Shown here: positions 12,181-50,166 of the stretch, piece by piece
How the letters are laid out: each line of letters begins with the position of its first letter
Position numbering within the stretch: position 1 is the first letter of the stretch
Assembly (NCBI GenBank): GCA_002269645.1
Contig: NIVC01000837.1
Coordinates: 77,370 to 141,369, forward strand
Origin: Macrostomum lignano
Taxonomy: Eukaryota
Direction: 5' to 3'
DNA length: 64,000 nucleotides
The notes under the pieces: model-generated
Told to the model about the DNA's origin: nothing
Seen by the model: only the letters and a program-made list of their open reading frames with translations
Databases searched by the model: none
Program-made: the position numbers and the translations under genes

Positions 12181-13039
12181 CGCTAAACAGCTAAAGGAGA
12201 TGCCATAGCACTGGGCACGGCAGGAAGTCTCCACCTAAAAGCCAAAGCCAGCCTTCAAGATGTTGAAGTAATAAAACAATCTCCTCTCAGCCTCTTTTCT
12301 CCCCCCGCCTCATCTTCGCGCCCCAGATCCTTATCACCACCTGAGCTTTAGTACCACCTCTATCTGCTCTTATTAGTCTATAAGTCTCAGGTGTGGAACG
12401 CCTTCGCCAAAGTGGTCCTCTCCAGCATCCTGTTCCGCTGCGGCATCCGGGATGCAGGCACTAATTAAGCCAGGGCCTGTTCCCATAGAATTTGCTTCGC
12501 TAATTTTTTCTCTCGCCATTAGCTGGGAAAAAGAGAGATAGAGGAATAAATGCTTTCGGTCGGCTGCTCGCTGAGCGTGTGCAGAAGCAGACTTATGAGT
12601 TGAGAAGCTGCCGCCCCTGATGCAGGGCACGTTCGGCTCCTCATCCTTCCCCCCTTCTCTCAGTCTCCTTCGATCTCTTCTCTACCTCTCAGAGCTAAAA
12701 GCCACATAGAGGGGGGGGGGCTGAAGACGATTCTAGAAATTGTTGAAGCCTATAATTTTGTGTGCACACAGGCACTCACACATCCGACCGCTTGGTTAAT
12801 TGTATGCCTAGAATAAGGGCTGAGATAATCACTTATAATTAAGGATCGGCGCCCCTGATTTCGCAGCAGAGTCTCTCATTGCCTGGATTTCTCTCGAATC
12901 TCGTCATTTCTTCATCTGAGCTCATCTATAGGCTTGATCCGACAGGCTCAAGTCTGATTCGGGTAGAGTTCCAAGAAACAAAGTGCCTGTATTAAATGGC
13001 ACTAAAACCTAAAAAATGGATAGTTTTGTGAGTAGCTGA

Positions 13040-13440
13040 CACTTAGTGTCAGTCAGTGGCTCTAAAATAAGTGTCAGCCATGCTCCAATAAGTGTCAGCA
13101 GCGCGAAAATGAGTGTCAGTGATGCTAAAATGAGTGTCAGCTATGCTCCAATAAGTGTCAGCTGCTTGAAAAAAAGTGTCAGCTATGCTCCAATAAGTGT
13201 CAGTGATGCTAAAATGAGTGTCAGCTGCTCAAAAATAAGTGTCAGCTGCTCAAAAATAAGTGTCAGCTGCTCGAAAATAAGTGTCAGCTTGTCGAAAATA
13301 AGTGTCAGCTGCTCGAAAATGAGTGTCAGCGGCGCTAAAATAGTGTCCTGTCAGCCATGCTCCAATAAGTGTCAGTGATGTTAAAATAAGTGTCAGCGGC
13401 GCTAAAAATAAGTGTAGTGGCGCTAAAACGAGTGTCAGCG
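13040..13440. repeat. ~21-bp minisatellite (AAAATAAGTGTCAGCTGCTC-like)
   Basis: Visible tandem units. Confidence 0.9.
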
Positions 13441-14274
13441 GCACCCAGTTTCGATGTCATCAAGGCTAAAATTGCACCTGAAGCGCCAAACTAAGTTGCC
13501 GAATCCCTTTCCCCCAAAAATATGACACCTCCTGCCCGAAATCCCAATTAGCAATCCTCCCCAGCACTTGGCCCGGGTTTGCAAAACTATGGAAAACGCC
13601 GAGCAGCCCCAGAAAGCTCCGCAATGACAGTCAGCAGCAGCTCTCGGGCCTCTATTGGCTGCCATGGGCTTTTGGCTCTGGGCATCTTTGCAGCAATGGT
13701 TTCGCGTCTCTCAACTGTTGGCTGTGGCGCGGGTGGGGTAGGCAATGGGGGGAGGGTGGGTGTTAACCGAAAGCAAGGGGGTGGGGAGAGAGAGGGAAGG
13801 ATAGAATAGAAAAGGAAGGATCAGCAGCGGCGGCAGTTCCCCTCAGCTTAAAAAAGCTTAACGCTCATATCAGCGAGGTAAACGACTACTTAAACAACTG
13901 CTAGACAAGAGCAGCCCGAGCTACTATAGCAAAAGAAATCAACTTTCTGCTTGAGCTTGAGTTCACTTAAGTTCGCTTAATTCCCGGAAACTCAATCGTC
14001 TTTTGTACAATATTTTCTGCCATTAGAGGCGGTCCCTCATCCCAGCATATTTCGCTTCATCTAACTTGGAAGAGTTCTCTCTGTGTTTTGGTGTTCTCCC
14101 CAATTGATTAATCCCTTCTAGTCTCTCGGCGAATAATCATCTGGACTACAGGCTCATCCGTTTCTCCGCAGCAGCTTCAACTCCGAACTCAACTTTCATC
14201 CATCTAGCGGACTTCGTGAACAGGAGAAAGAGGGTAAGAAAATCCTACCGCGCTGAAGAAATCCATCTATCTGA

Positions 14275-14870
14275 GTGCCTGTCTGAGTGTCTGCCTTAGT
14301 GTCTGTCCTAGTGTCTGTCCTAGTGTCTGTCCTAGTGCCTGCCTTAGTGTCTGTCCTAGTGCCTGCCTTAGTGTCTGCCATAGTGTCTGCCTTAGTGTCT
14401 GCCTTAGTGTCTGCCTTAGTGTCTGTCCTAGTGTCTGTCCTAGTGTCTGTCCTAGTGCCTGCCTTAGTGTCTGTCCTAGTGCCTGCCTTAGTGTCTGTCC
14501 TAGTGCCTGCCTTAGTGTCTGCCTTAGTGTCTGTCTCAGTGCTTGTCTTAGTGTCTGCCGTAGTGTCTGCCTTAGTGTCTGCCTTAGTGTCTGCCTTAGT
14601 GTCTGCCTTAGTGTCTGCCTTAGTGTCTGCCTTAGTTTCTGCCTTAGTGTCTGCCTTAGTGTCTGCCTTAGTGTCTGCCTTAGTGTCTGCCTTAGTGTCT
14701 GCCTTAGTGTCTGTCTTAGTGTCTGTCCTAGTGCCTGTCTTAGTGTCTGCCATAGTGTCTGTCTTAGTGTCTGCCATAGTGTCTGCCTTAGTGTCTGTCT
14801 TACTGTCTGTCTCAGTGCTTGTCTTGGTCCATGTCTTAATGTCTGCCTTAGTCTCTGTTTTAGTGTGTGC
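14275..14870. repeat. 12-bp minisatellite (TAGTGTCTGCCT)
   Basis: About 48 copies. Confidence 0.97.
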
Positions 14871-15657
14871 CTGTCAGCAGCTTATTTCTTTTTACTGAGA
14901 GCATCAGAATCCCTCAATGCTAGATCTCATATCGTTTCTCTCTCCCCCTCTCTCTCCTCTCGCCTCTCGCTCGGTCTCTCAACACTAACACTTTTTACAG
15001 ATTTGAACCGCCCCGAATGTTGACTGCAACCGTTTAGGGGGTTCGAGCAGCTGAAGCGGAGCAGAAAAAATAGCGGCTCCCTCTTTCTCGGCTGGTGCAT
15101 AAGAAGAAATTATTCAACCATTTCGCTCCCGGAGACTCAGTCGTCATCGTTCCCTCAATCTTACTCAACCCCCCCCCCCCATCTTTCCAGCATGCCGCCC
15201 CGCTCCTCTCCTCATCCTAGCTCTCGCAGAAGAAGAAAATATTTCCATCCATCCACCCCCCCTCATCCATTCCAAGGCGGAATCGTTTTAAACATTCCTT
15301 CCGTTGGGGGTTTTTTACTCTTCGGTTCGTTTCTTCCCCCCGCCTTCCTGCGCGCGCGATGCTTTAATAAATATTTCCTGGAGGGGAAAAATCCGACTCG
15401 ACTCCGCGACACGGCGAAATCCCCAAGAGGACGCTGACGCTGCGAGGAACAAACCGGCGGAGGTGGGGAAGGAATTATTAATAAAAAGCGGTCTCGCAAT
15501 CCAACGGCTTTAATTCCCTTACCGCTTCCTTCTTGCATATTTCTTGCATATTTCTTGCTTTTTGCTTCCAGTAGCAGATGCAAAGAAAGAATAAAATTAA
15601 GAGTAGGCTTTGCAAATTAAATTCTAAATAATGTTTTGTCCTTCATTTACCCTCCAG

Positions 15658-15719
15658 TTCTGACAGAACCAAAGCAGCTCAACATCAACAGAGAAACCCC
15701 ACGGGAGCTACTCGAGAAG
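15658..15719 (+). CDS. Candidate upstream exon of the E-protein gene (coding or 5' UTR)
   Basis: cctccag| acceptor and AAG|gtaaac donor; reads LTEPKQLNINRETPRELLEK in frame with the exon starting at 16417. Confidence 0.4.
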
Positions 15720-16431
15720 GTAAACTGCAAGCAAAAATGTGCCCTAAACGGGCCGTTTTTACGTTTTCACTACTTGGAGCAGGGGACCAGATGAGAGAGT
15801 AGATGAGAGGAGAGAGAAGAGATAAGAGAGAAGCTGAGAAATGACACAAACCTTGAGCTAGCTTACTCCTGACTTAGAGAGAATTCATATTCCAATTCCG
15901 ACTCATAGCGGACCCAACAAAATCGGATCGGTCATTGATTTTCCCCTCTCTCCCCCTCTCCCTCTTATCCCTCCTTTACCCTGCTCCCAAACACAAAGGA
16001 GGCCACCCAGGACTAGAAGCACGCACAAGGGGGACCCACGCAAACTTTGACAAGCATTCTGAAGCTTGGTCTGGCCCGCACACTCGCTTCTGATGATTGA
16101 GCGAAGTGGCTGGAAGAAGACTCAAACCCTTACTGAGCTTAACTTCCCTAACCCCCACCCCCCCAACCCTCACTCATCCAGCGATCTTCCTTGTACTCAA
16201 GTTCTGCTCAGCTCTTTGTTTTACTCAAACCGAGCGCCCCCCTGTGGGCCATAACACATCGTCCTTAGTAGAAGAGTAAAAGGAGAGAGCAGGGAGGCCC
16301 ATGAAGCTAACATATCAGAGAACCAACTACTTACTAGAATCCCCAAGTTAGTTGGAAGCCAACATTGCCACTCTACTAAATCTGCAGGCTATTTAAATTC
16401 AATCATTTTTTTACAGGAAATCGCGTTGCAC

Positions 16432-35695
<19,264 letters not shown>

Positions 35696-35754
35696 CTTCT
35701 CCTAGTAGCAGACTTGCTGGCTTTGCTGCCATAATTAGTAAGATAATCCTGTCA

Positions 35755-36130
35755 AACGTGGGTCACATCAGAGTCACACCTGGGTCACACCTGGGTCACA
35801 CCTGGGTCACACCTGGGTCACACCTTGGTCACACCTGAGTCACGCCTGGGTCACACCTGGGTCACACCTGGATCACAACTGGGTCATGTCTGGGTCACAC
35901 CTGGGTCACACCTGGGTCACACCTGGGTCACACCTGGGTCACACCTGGGTCACACCTGGGTCACACCTGGGTCACACCTGGGTCACACCTTGGTCCCACC
36001 TGGGTCACACCTAGGTCACACCTGGGTCACATCAGGGTCACACCTAGGTCACACCTGGGTCATGTCTGAATCACACCTGGGTCATGTCTGAATCACACCT
36101 GGGTCACACCTGGGTCACACCTGGGTCAAA
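35755..36130. repeat. 11-bp minisatellite (CACACCTGGGT) just downstream of the E-protein stop codon
   Basis: About 30 copies. Confidence 0.95.
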
Positions 36131-36736
36131 CAAACCCGCTTAACTTTGCCGCAGTTGTTACGGGAGGGGAAATGCTTGCAGCTTCTAATCGAAATTTTTC
36201 ATGTTTTTAAAACTTTTGCTGACAATAATCTATTACCGATTTCGCATGTAGCTGTGTGTCTGTGTTTTCTTATTGTTCGCTCCTTTGCAGCAAAATGGCG
36301 TCTTACATTGTTTCATTTTTGCTTAGATAAATTCGCTTCTCCGATGGTCCCTGTAATGCAGTGATGCCTCTGTCCGCCCCTTGCTCGAGAAGAAGCGCAA
36401 TATTGAATGTAAAGTTTCAAGTTATTTTCGCTTTGAGTGTTAACTTCCCAAAGAGTGCTTCATATACTTCGCAAAGCTTATTTTGTGTATTTATCATGCT
36501 TTTTTGTTAAGTTTTTGTTTCTCTTTGTTTGCTTGTTGTATAGCATTGAGTTTCTGTTTTGTAGCTCAAATCTATATAATAACTATTGCCGCCACTATGA
36601 AACCAAGATATAATGCTTTTTCCACATTTGTGACTCTAAGAATGGCTGCAAAGAAAAGCTTTATTTATCAACTTAACCAGATTGCAAAACTTGCGTTATT
36701 GAGTATTGTATAGCTAACAGGTCCTGTTTGAATTTG

Positions 36737-36746
36737 AATAAATAAA
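36737..36746 (+). terminator. Candidate polyadenylation signal (overlapping AATAAA x2) for the E-protein gene
   Basis: AATAAATAAA ~1 kb after the stop codon, following an AT/T-rich UTR-like stretch. Confidence 0.45.
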
Positions 36747-36924
36747 TCCTACAAATTAATTATTGTAAGTGTTCTGTAAACTAGTAAATTACTGTCGTTA
36801 GTGGTGAAAATCTCGTGTTATTTTTGTTTACTTTATTGAAATTTCACTTATGAAAAAATTCTGACTATGGCCTGAGTGGCGAAGGGGTCCAAGTGTTCCA
36901 GTTTTAATAAGCACGAAAATTTTA

Positions 36925-38075
36925 CGTAGCTACAGCATAGAGCATACAGCATACAGCATACAGCTACAGCTACAGCTACAGCATACAGCTACAGTATAGA
37001 GCATACAGCATACAGCATACAGCATACAGCATACAGCATACAGCATACAGCATACAGCATACAGCATACAGTATACAGCTACAGCATACTGCTACAAAAT
37101 GCAACTACAGCATACAGCTACAGCATACAGCTACAGCATACAGCTACAGCTACAGCTACAGCATACAGCTACAGCATACAGCTACAGCATACAACATGCA
37201 GCTACAGCATACAGCATACAGCATACAGCATACAGCATACAGCATACAGCATACAGCATACAGCATACAGCATACAGCATACAGCATACAGCATACAGCA
37301 TACAGCATACAGCATACAGCATACAGCATACAGCATACAGCATACAGCATACAGCATACAGCATACAGCATACAGCATACAGCATACAGCATACAGCATA
37401 CAGCATACAGCATACAGCATACAGCATACAGCATACAGCATACAGCATACAGCTACAGCATCCAGCATACAGCATACAGCATACAGCATCCAGCATACAG
37501 CATACAGCATACAGCATCCAGCATACAGCATCCAGCATACAGCATACAGCATACAGCATACAGCATACAGCATACAGCATACAGCATACAGCATACAGCA
37601 TACAGCATACAGCATACAGCATACAGCATACAGCATACAGCATACAGCATACAGCATACAGCATACAGCATACAGCATACAGCTACAGCATACAGCATAC
37701 AGCATACAGCATACAGCATACAGCATACAGCATACAGCATACAGCATACAGCATACAGCATACAGCATACAGTATACAGCATACAGCATGCAACTACAGC
37801 ATACAGCATACAGCATACAGCATGCAACTACAGCATACAGTATACAGCATACAGCATACAGCATACAGCATACAGCATACAGCATACAGCATACAGCATA
37901 CAGCATACAGCATACAGCATACAGCATACAGCATACAGCATACAGCATACAGCATACAGCATACAGCATACAGCATGCAGCTACAGCATACAGCTACAGC
38001 TAACTCATGCAGCTACAGCATATAACTAACATTATGCAGCTACAACATACAGCTACAGCATACAGCTACAGCATA
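36925..38075. repeat. 7-bp satellite (CAGCATA)n
   Basis: More than 1 kb tandem array. Confidence 0.98.
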
Positions 38076-38228
38076 CAGGCATATCAGGTACGGCATCTCA
38101 GGTGGAACTTCTATTAGCATCTGTGTGGGTGCAGCAATAAACAAATGCTAACCAACCCAACGGAGGGAAGCAAAGCCAATTAATCTTTCTCTGTCTCACT
38201 CGCACAGAAGCGAACAATGCCACCCAGT

Positions 38229-38237
38229 TATAAAAAG
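38229..38237 (+). promoter_or_regulatory. Candidate TATA box upstream of the WW/coiled-coil/CAP-Gly-like gene
   Basis: TATAAAAAG ~340 bp upstream of ATG 38570; motif match only. Confidence 0.25.
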
Positions 38238-38487
38238 GCTGCGAATCTATTCACATCTGTTTTTCTGTCCACAAGTCCAAAATGAGTACTCGAACCGGCT
38301 CATTCAAGTTCGTCAACAAAACACACAAAAAATAAAAAAGAACCTTGATACTGAAAAGCATTCTGAGATTCTTTGAATGAATAATAGGCAGAAAAAAATA
38401 TAAATGAGGGAGCACGAACTTCCACAGAAATTTTAGCTCCAATTAAGCCTCGTGAATATTAGCCGTTTAAAAGAGGATTGCTACATT

Positions 38488-38565
38488 GAGACCCTGCATC
38501 TAGACACTGCATCTAGACACTGCATCTAGACACTGCATCTAGACACTGCATCTAGACACTGCATC
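38488..38565. repeat. 13-bp repeat x6 (TAGACACTGCATC) abutting the start codon
   Basis: Direct. Confidence 0.9.
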
Positions 38566-38569
38566 CACC

Positions 38570-45801
<7,232 letters not shown>

Positions 45802-46317
45802 CCGAACTTATTTTTTCCCTGTAACAAAATTTAATCGGAAATTGCTGTGAATTCCTAATTATATTTTAAACGAGTGTGAGTCAGTCGGTTGCATCAAAAC
45901 AATCTGTCTGACTCAGTCCTTATTGAAGTTATTATTTCCTTAAAGTAAATTTTACTTTTTTATATTAACTTCATTGTGTTAGAAATGACAAGCTAAGGCG
46001 AGCAATTGCTATGAGACGAGAAAAAACGATAGCTCTGAGCCATTGCTCCGTGCGAAACTATTTATTATCAACGATAAAGCACGAACCCGCGACAACCCCC
46101 CAACCAGGACTAAAACTCACCGCACTGCACATCAGAGCACGATGACAATAATAACTTGATACGTACACTCAGACTGAACAAAAGTACAAGCACCAGTGAA
46201 ATAAGCAATCAAATAACAAACAGTGCGAAGCCCCGCCCAAGCCTAACACTGCTCCCCACAAAAAGCAAACAAAATTCAAAGACAGTCACTTGAAATCCCC
46301 ACAGTCAATTTCACTCA

Positions 46318-47430
46318 TCAGTCCTTGTAGCAAACAGGCTGCCGAGGGCGAAACTCGTACGGCTCCCGGTGGCAAATGTTTCCGGGCTCCTGACGCTCCA
46401 GGTCGAGCCGCGGGTCGTCTTCCACGGCAACCACCGGGTCAGTCAGCGCACCATCGGGTTCAGGTGTCTCAAGCCGCTTAGGAGAGTCCGGCCGGCCGGT
46501 CCACTGATTTGAGTGCGCCAGCCGCAGGCCACCGCCAGGCTGATTGGCCGGAGTGACCAGCGCCGTGTTCAGGCCGTGCTGCACCACGAACTTGGCTGGC
46601 ACCGGAGGAGTTCCAGGTCGCATCCTCAGCCAGATTGGATCGCCAGCTTGCTCCGTCATTGTCAGCGGGTGTCGAAGCCGACGGCCCCACATGAGGATGT
46701 CTGGAGAGGCTGCGCGATTGCCGCTTGGCCGGCTGGTCCTTATCGTCAGCAACAGCTTTTGCAGAAAATGGTCGAACGGCACCACCTTAGTCCACGCTCT
46801 GAGACCATCCTTAATGATTCGCACCAGTCTCTCAGCTTGACCATTCGAGGCGGGATGATACGGCGGGGTGTGCAGTTCACGACAACCAATGCTGCGCAGC
46901 CACTGCGAGACCTTCTCCGACTTGAACTCCGGCGCATTGTCCGACACCAGCGTCTGAGGCACTCCATTCCTCGCAAAAACCGCTCTTAGAACACGCAGTA
47001 CACTTTCTGCAGATCGATCAGGCACCTGAATCGCCTCAGGCCACCCTGAATAGGAGTCGGACAACAGCAGGAGCAGCCCAATACCAGAGATCTCACAGTG
47101 GTCCATGTGAACTCGCGCCCAAGGCTCACTCTCGGCTGGCCAGATGTCGATTTTCCGCTGAAGCACCGGTCGAGTTTCTGAGCACTGCGGACAGCGCTCC
47201 ACAAAAGTCCGCACCTCGCGATCCAGGCCAGGCCACCAGAATTCCTTGGAGATGTGCGCCTTGGTGTTGTCAGCACTCGGGTGTACTTCGTCATGGGCCG
47301 CCTCCAGGATGCGCCTGCGGAGAATGGGTGGCGGCACAATTCTGGTTCCATGGATCACCAGGCCATCTTCGACTGACAGAGCCTCACGACGCGCCTTGTA
47401 CGGTCTCTCCACCTGCGACACCTGGCCCAC
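46318..47430 (-). CDS. Integrase of the LTR element (frameshifted from the upstream polyprotein)
   Basis: HHCC (HDEVH...CPQC) and DDE core (VHMD, LVSDNA, GQAERLV). Confidence 0.95.
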   Translation of the reverse strand: MGQVSQVERPYKARREALSVEDGLVIHGTRIVPPPILRRRILEAAHDEVHPSADNTKAHISKEFWWPGLDREVRTFVERCPQCSETRPVLQRKIDIWPAESEPWARVHMDHCEISGIGLLLLLSDSYSGWPEAIQVPDRSAESVLRVLRAVFARNGVPQTLVSDNAPEFKSEKVSQWLRSIGCRELHTPPYHPASNGQAERLVRIIKDGLRAWTKVVPFDHFLQKLLLTIRTSRPSGNRAASPDILMWGRRLRHPLTMTEQAGDPIWLRMRPGTPPVPAKFVVQHGLNTALVTPANQPGGGLRLAHSNQWTGRPDSPKRLETPEPDGALTDPVVAVEDDPRLDLERQEPGNICHREPYEFRPRQPVCYKD

Positions 47431-50141
47431 CTGCCGGTTCTGATTCTCTGCCGGAGCCGTGTCAACAGCGAACACCTCCGAGTTCCTTCACGTAGCTCTT
47501 GCAAGGTCACCAGAGCCCCTTCAGTGACGACCTCAGACTCCAGCTGGTGAATTAAATCATTCTGTGCATCTTGCTCGGCAAAGCTCAAACGTGACAAAGC
47601 ATCAGCATCCGTCATCAGCCTCCCAGGCACGTACTCGACCACGTAATCGAAAGCCGACAGTCTCAAAGCCCAGCGCATTAGTCTTGCTGACACCGTTTTG
47701 GGAAGGTTTTTGCTCGGATTGAAAATATACTTTAGCGGCTCATGGTCGGTCTGGAGAGTAAATCTCTTGCCTAGCAGCATCTTGCGAGCTCTCTCCACTG
47801 CCCAAACAATTGCAAGGGCCTCTCTCTCAATGTTCGAGTAATTTGCTTCAGACTTCGTCAGAGCACGTGACAGGTACATAACCGGATGACCTGACTGCAC
47901 CAGAACAGCACCCAATGACTGCTCACTAGCATCCACGCGGAGACAGACAGGAGAGCTGACATCAAATGGTTTCACGCACGGATTCGAACTTAGGCTCTGC
48001 TTCACACAGGCAAACGCGGCTTCGGCCACAGAACTCCACTCGAACACCCGGTCCGCCCGGCGAAGTTCCTGCAAAGGCCGGCACTTCTCAGCAAAATTGG
48101 GGACCAACCGACCGTAGAACTGGGCCAGTCCCAGAAACCGCTCGAGGTCCTTCTTGTTCTTTGGAGCTTCCACATCCTGAATCCGCTGAACCATGCCAGG
48201 ATCTGGCTTGATCCCTTCCTCATCTATTATGTGGCCAAGAAACTTCAAACTGGGTGCTTCCATGATGCACTTTGCTTCATTGACTTTAACATTTGCCGCT
48301 CTCAGCTTGTCGAGTATTCCTGTGCGAATGTTCTCCAGCTCTGCCTTCGTCACCGCGCCCATGAGGACGTCATCTTGGTACACAATGACACCTGGATGTT
48401 CGCCTAGCAGCTTCTCCATCTCACGCTGGAACACAGACGGAGAGACTTTGATGCCGTACGGCAGCCTATTGAAGCGATAACAGCCAAATGGAGTGTTGAT
48501 GGTGGTGATGTCTTTAGACTCACTGTCCAGCGGTATTTGATAATAGGCATCAGAAAGGTCAAGACGGCAAAACAGCTTCTTGTTGGCCATCTTGGAAAAC
48601 GCTGTCTCTATTGATGGAGTCAGGTATGTCTGATCCTGCACCCACTGATTGACTGCTGTGTAGTCTCCGCAAATCCTCACTGACGCCTTGTCTGACTTCA
48701 CCGTCACCACAATCGGGCTGCCCCACTCCGACGATGTCACTCTCTCGACTATTCCCGCCTTCTCCATCAAGTCCAGCTCCTTTTTTACTAACGGACGCAG
48801 CGCCAATGGCAGCTCTCTGGCTGGCTGGAAGATCGGCCCGGCTCCTGTCTTCAACCGAATCTCTCCGACTGCTCCCTTAATACCCAGTAAGCTCTCATAC
48901 CTGTTGCTGCTGGGTGCCTTGGCCTCATCAGAATGGTGAGCTGGCAGCGAGTTGAGCAAATCCCGGCCTAGCAGTCCAAACTTTTGCTGGCAGTCGATGA
49001 CAGGCAACTCAGCGGCAATGAAGCGACCGTCCGTGCCGTCAGTCTCCACCAGGCACTCCAGGATGCCGAGCTGCTTCATCACATGACCGTCGTAGGCCAG
49101 CATCCGGGACTTCGCCGATTTCAGTGGCGGTCTGCCAAGATCTTCCCAGATCTTTCTTGATATCAGCGAGCACGCCGCACCGCTATCCTTCTCCATCTTC
49201 ACCTGCTTGGCGTTGATCTTGACCATGCAGAAAGCAGCCGGGGTGCCCTCACCGCAGTAGAAGACGGGCTCATAACTGGTAGAATCTGCAGACATTGCTT
49301 TTTCTGCGGCGAAGTGAGTTTTGGCGCTCCTGCAGACTCGGGCGAAGTGTCCGAGTTTTCCGCACTGGCGACAGGTGGCTTTCAGCGCCCAGCAGTCAGT
49401 TGGCTTGCGATGAGACTTCTGGCCGCAGCGCTGGCAGATCTGGCTTCCACTCACATTCGGTCTCGACTTCTCCACCGCATTGACACCGGCCGCGTCTTCG
49501 AGGTCCCGGCGTGGCGCATCGTGGCTAGGCGCCGTCTGGTGCACCGCTGAACCAACTTGAGCCTGGCCTAACGCAGTCAGCGGCCCAGTCAAGAAGGTGC
49601 TCACCATCTGTAGCTGCTGCACATAGTCTGAAATCTGGTCCACCGAAAGCTCCGACGAAACCTCACGTTCGAGCACTTTGCTTTTGATGTCCTGATTGCT
49701 GAGGCCAGCAATCAGTCGCATTTTGATCAGCTGCTCTGCTGGGTTCGCACCCTCGTCCTTTAGCTTCTCGAACTCACACACCACTGCCTGTTCTCGAAGA
49801 CGGGCAGCGAAGCCGGTGATGCTCTCACCCTCGCCCTGGCGCATGGACATGAAGGCCGCCCGCTCCGAAATCAGCAGCCTTTTCTGGGGTTCCAGAAATC
49901 GAATCAGGCACGCTTTGATGTCGGCCCACTTCATCTTAGAAAGCTGGCTCGGTGCTACCAGCTGCTTCACTTTGATTAGCTGAGCCACGCCCAGACAGCC
50001 CAGAAAAGCGTCTGTCAGTGCCAAGTTGCCGTCGGTGTCCTGCACTCCTTTTGACCTCGCTTGAGCATCGAAGACTTCGACCCATGCCCGCAGCTCTTCA
50101 ATGCTTTCCAGTGGCAGTGGGTCTCGTAGCTTGATAGACAT
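47355..50141 (-). CDS. Gag-protease-RT-RNase H polyprotein of the LTR element
   Basis: Two zinc knuckles (CQRCGQKSHRKPTDC, CRQCGKLGHFARVC), protease DSG (MEKDSGA), RT (WGSPIV, LDLSDAYYQI, YQDD), RNase H (VDAS, YSNIEREALA, TDHEPL, DALSR). Frameshift near 47426. Confidence 0.95.
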   Translation of the reverse strand: MSIKLRDPLPLESIEELRAWVEVFDAQARSKGVQDTDGNLALTDAFLGCLGVAQLIKVKQLVAPSQLSKMKWADIKACLIRFLEPQKRLLISERAAFMSMRQGEGESITGFAARLREQAVVCEFEKLKDEGANPAEQLIKMRLIAGLSNQDIKSKVLEREVSSELSVDQISDYVQQLQMVSTFLTGPLTALGQAQVGSAVHQTAPSHDAPRRDLEDAAGVNAVEKSRPNVSGSQICQRCGQKSHRKPTDCWALKATCRQCGKLGHFARVCRSAKTHFAAEKAMSADSTSYEPVFYCGEGTPAAFCMVKINAKQVKMEKDSGAACSLISRKIWEDLGRPPLKSAKSRMLAYDGHVMKQLGILECLVETDGTDGRFIAAELPVIDCQQKFGLLGRDLLNSLPAHHSDEAKAPSSNRYESLLGIKGAVGEIRLKTGAGPIFQPARELPLALRPLVKKELDLMEKAGIVERVTSSEWGSPIVVTVKSDKASVRICGDYTAVNQWVQDQTYLTPSIETAFSKMANKKLFCRLDLSDAYYQIPLDSESKDITTINTPFGCYRFNRLPYGIKVSPSVFQREMEKLLGEHPGVIVYQDDVLMGAVTKAELENIRTGILDKLRAANVKVNEAKCIMEAPSLKFLGHIIDEEGIKPDPGMVQRIQDVEAPKNKKDLERFLGLAQFYGRLVPNFAEKCRPLQELRRADRVFEWSSVAEAAFACVKQSLSSNPCVKPFDVSSPVCLRVDASEQSLGAVLVQSGHPVMYLSRALTKSEANYSNIEREALAIVWAVERARKMLLGKRFTLQTDHEPLKYIFNPSKNLPKTVSARLMRWALRLSAFDYVVEYVPGRLMTDADALSRLSFAEQDAQNDLIHQLESEVVTEGALVTLQELREGTRRCSLLTRLRQRIRTGRWARCRRWRDRTRRVVRLCQSKMAW

Positions 50142-50147
50142 GCATGC

Positions 50148-50166
50148 AATCCTGCTCGCGACGCCA
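50148..50166 (-). other. Primer-binding site, complementary to a tRNA 3' end (tRNA-Ser-like by recall)
   Basis: Minus strand reads TTT-TGGCGTCGCGAGCAGGATT right after the 5' LTR; plus strand AATCCTGCTCGCGACGCCA ends in CCA like a tRNA T-arm/acceptor end. The isoacceptor assignment is inference. Confidence 0.75.

Noticed and set aside
11356-14898. RS-rich (SRSHP)n and (ADTK)n ORFs resembling SR or repeat proteins
   Set aside because: Arise from 15-bp and 12-bp arrays with no unique coding context or splice support.
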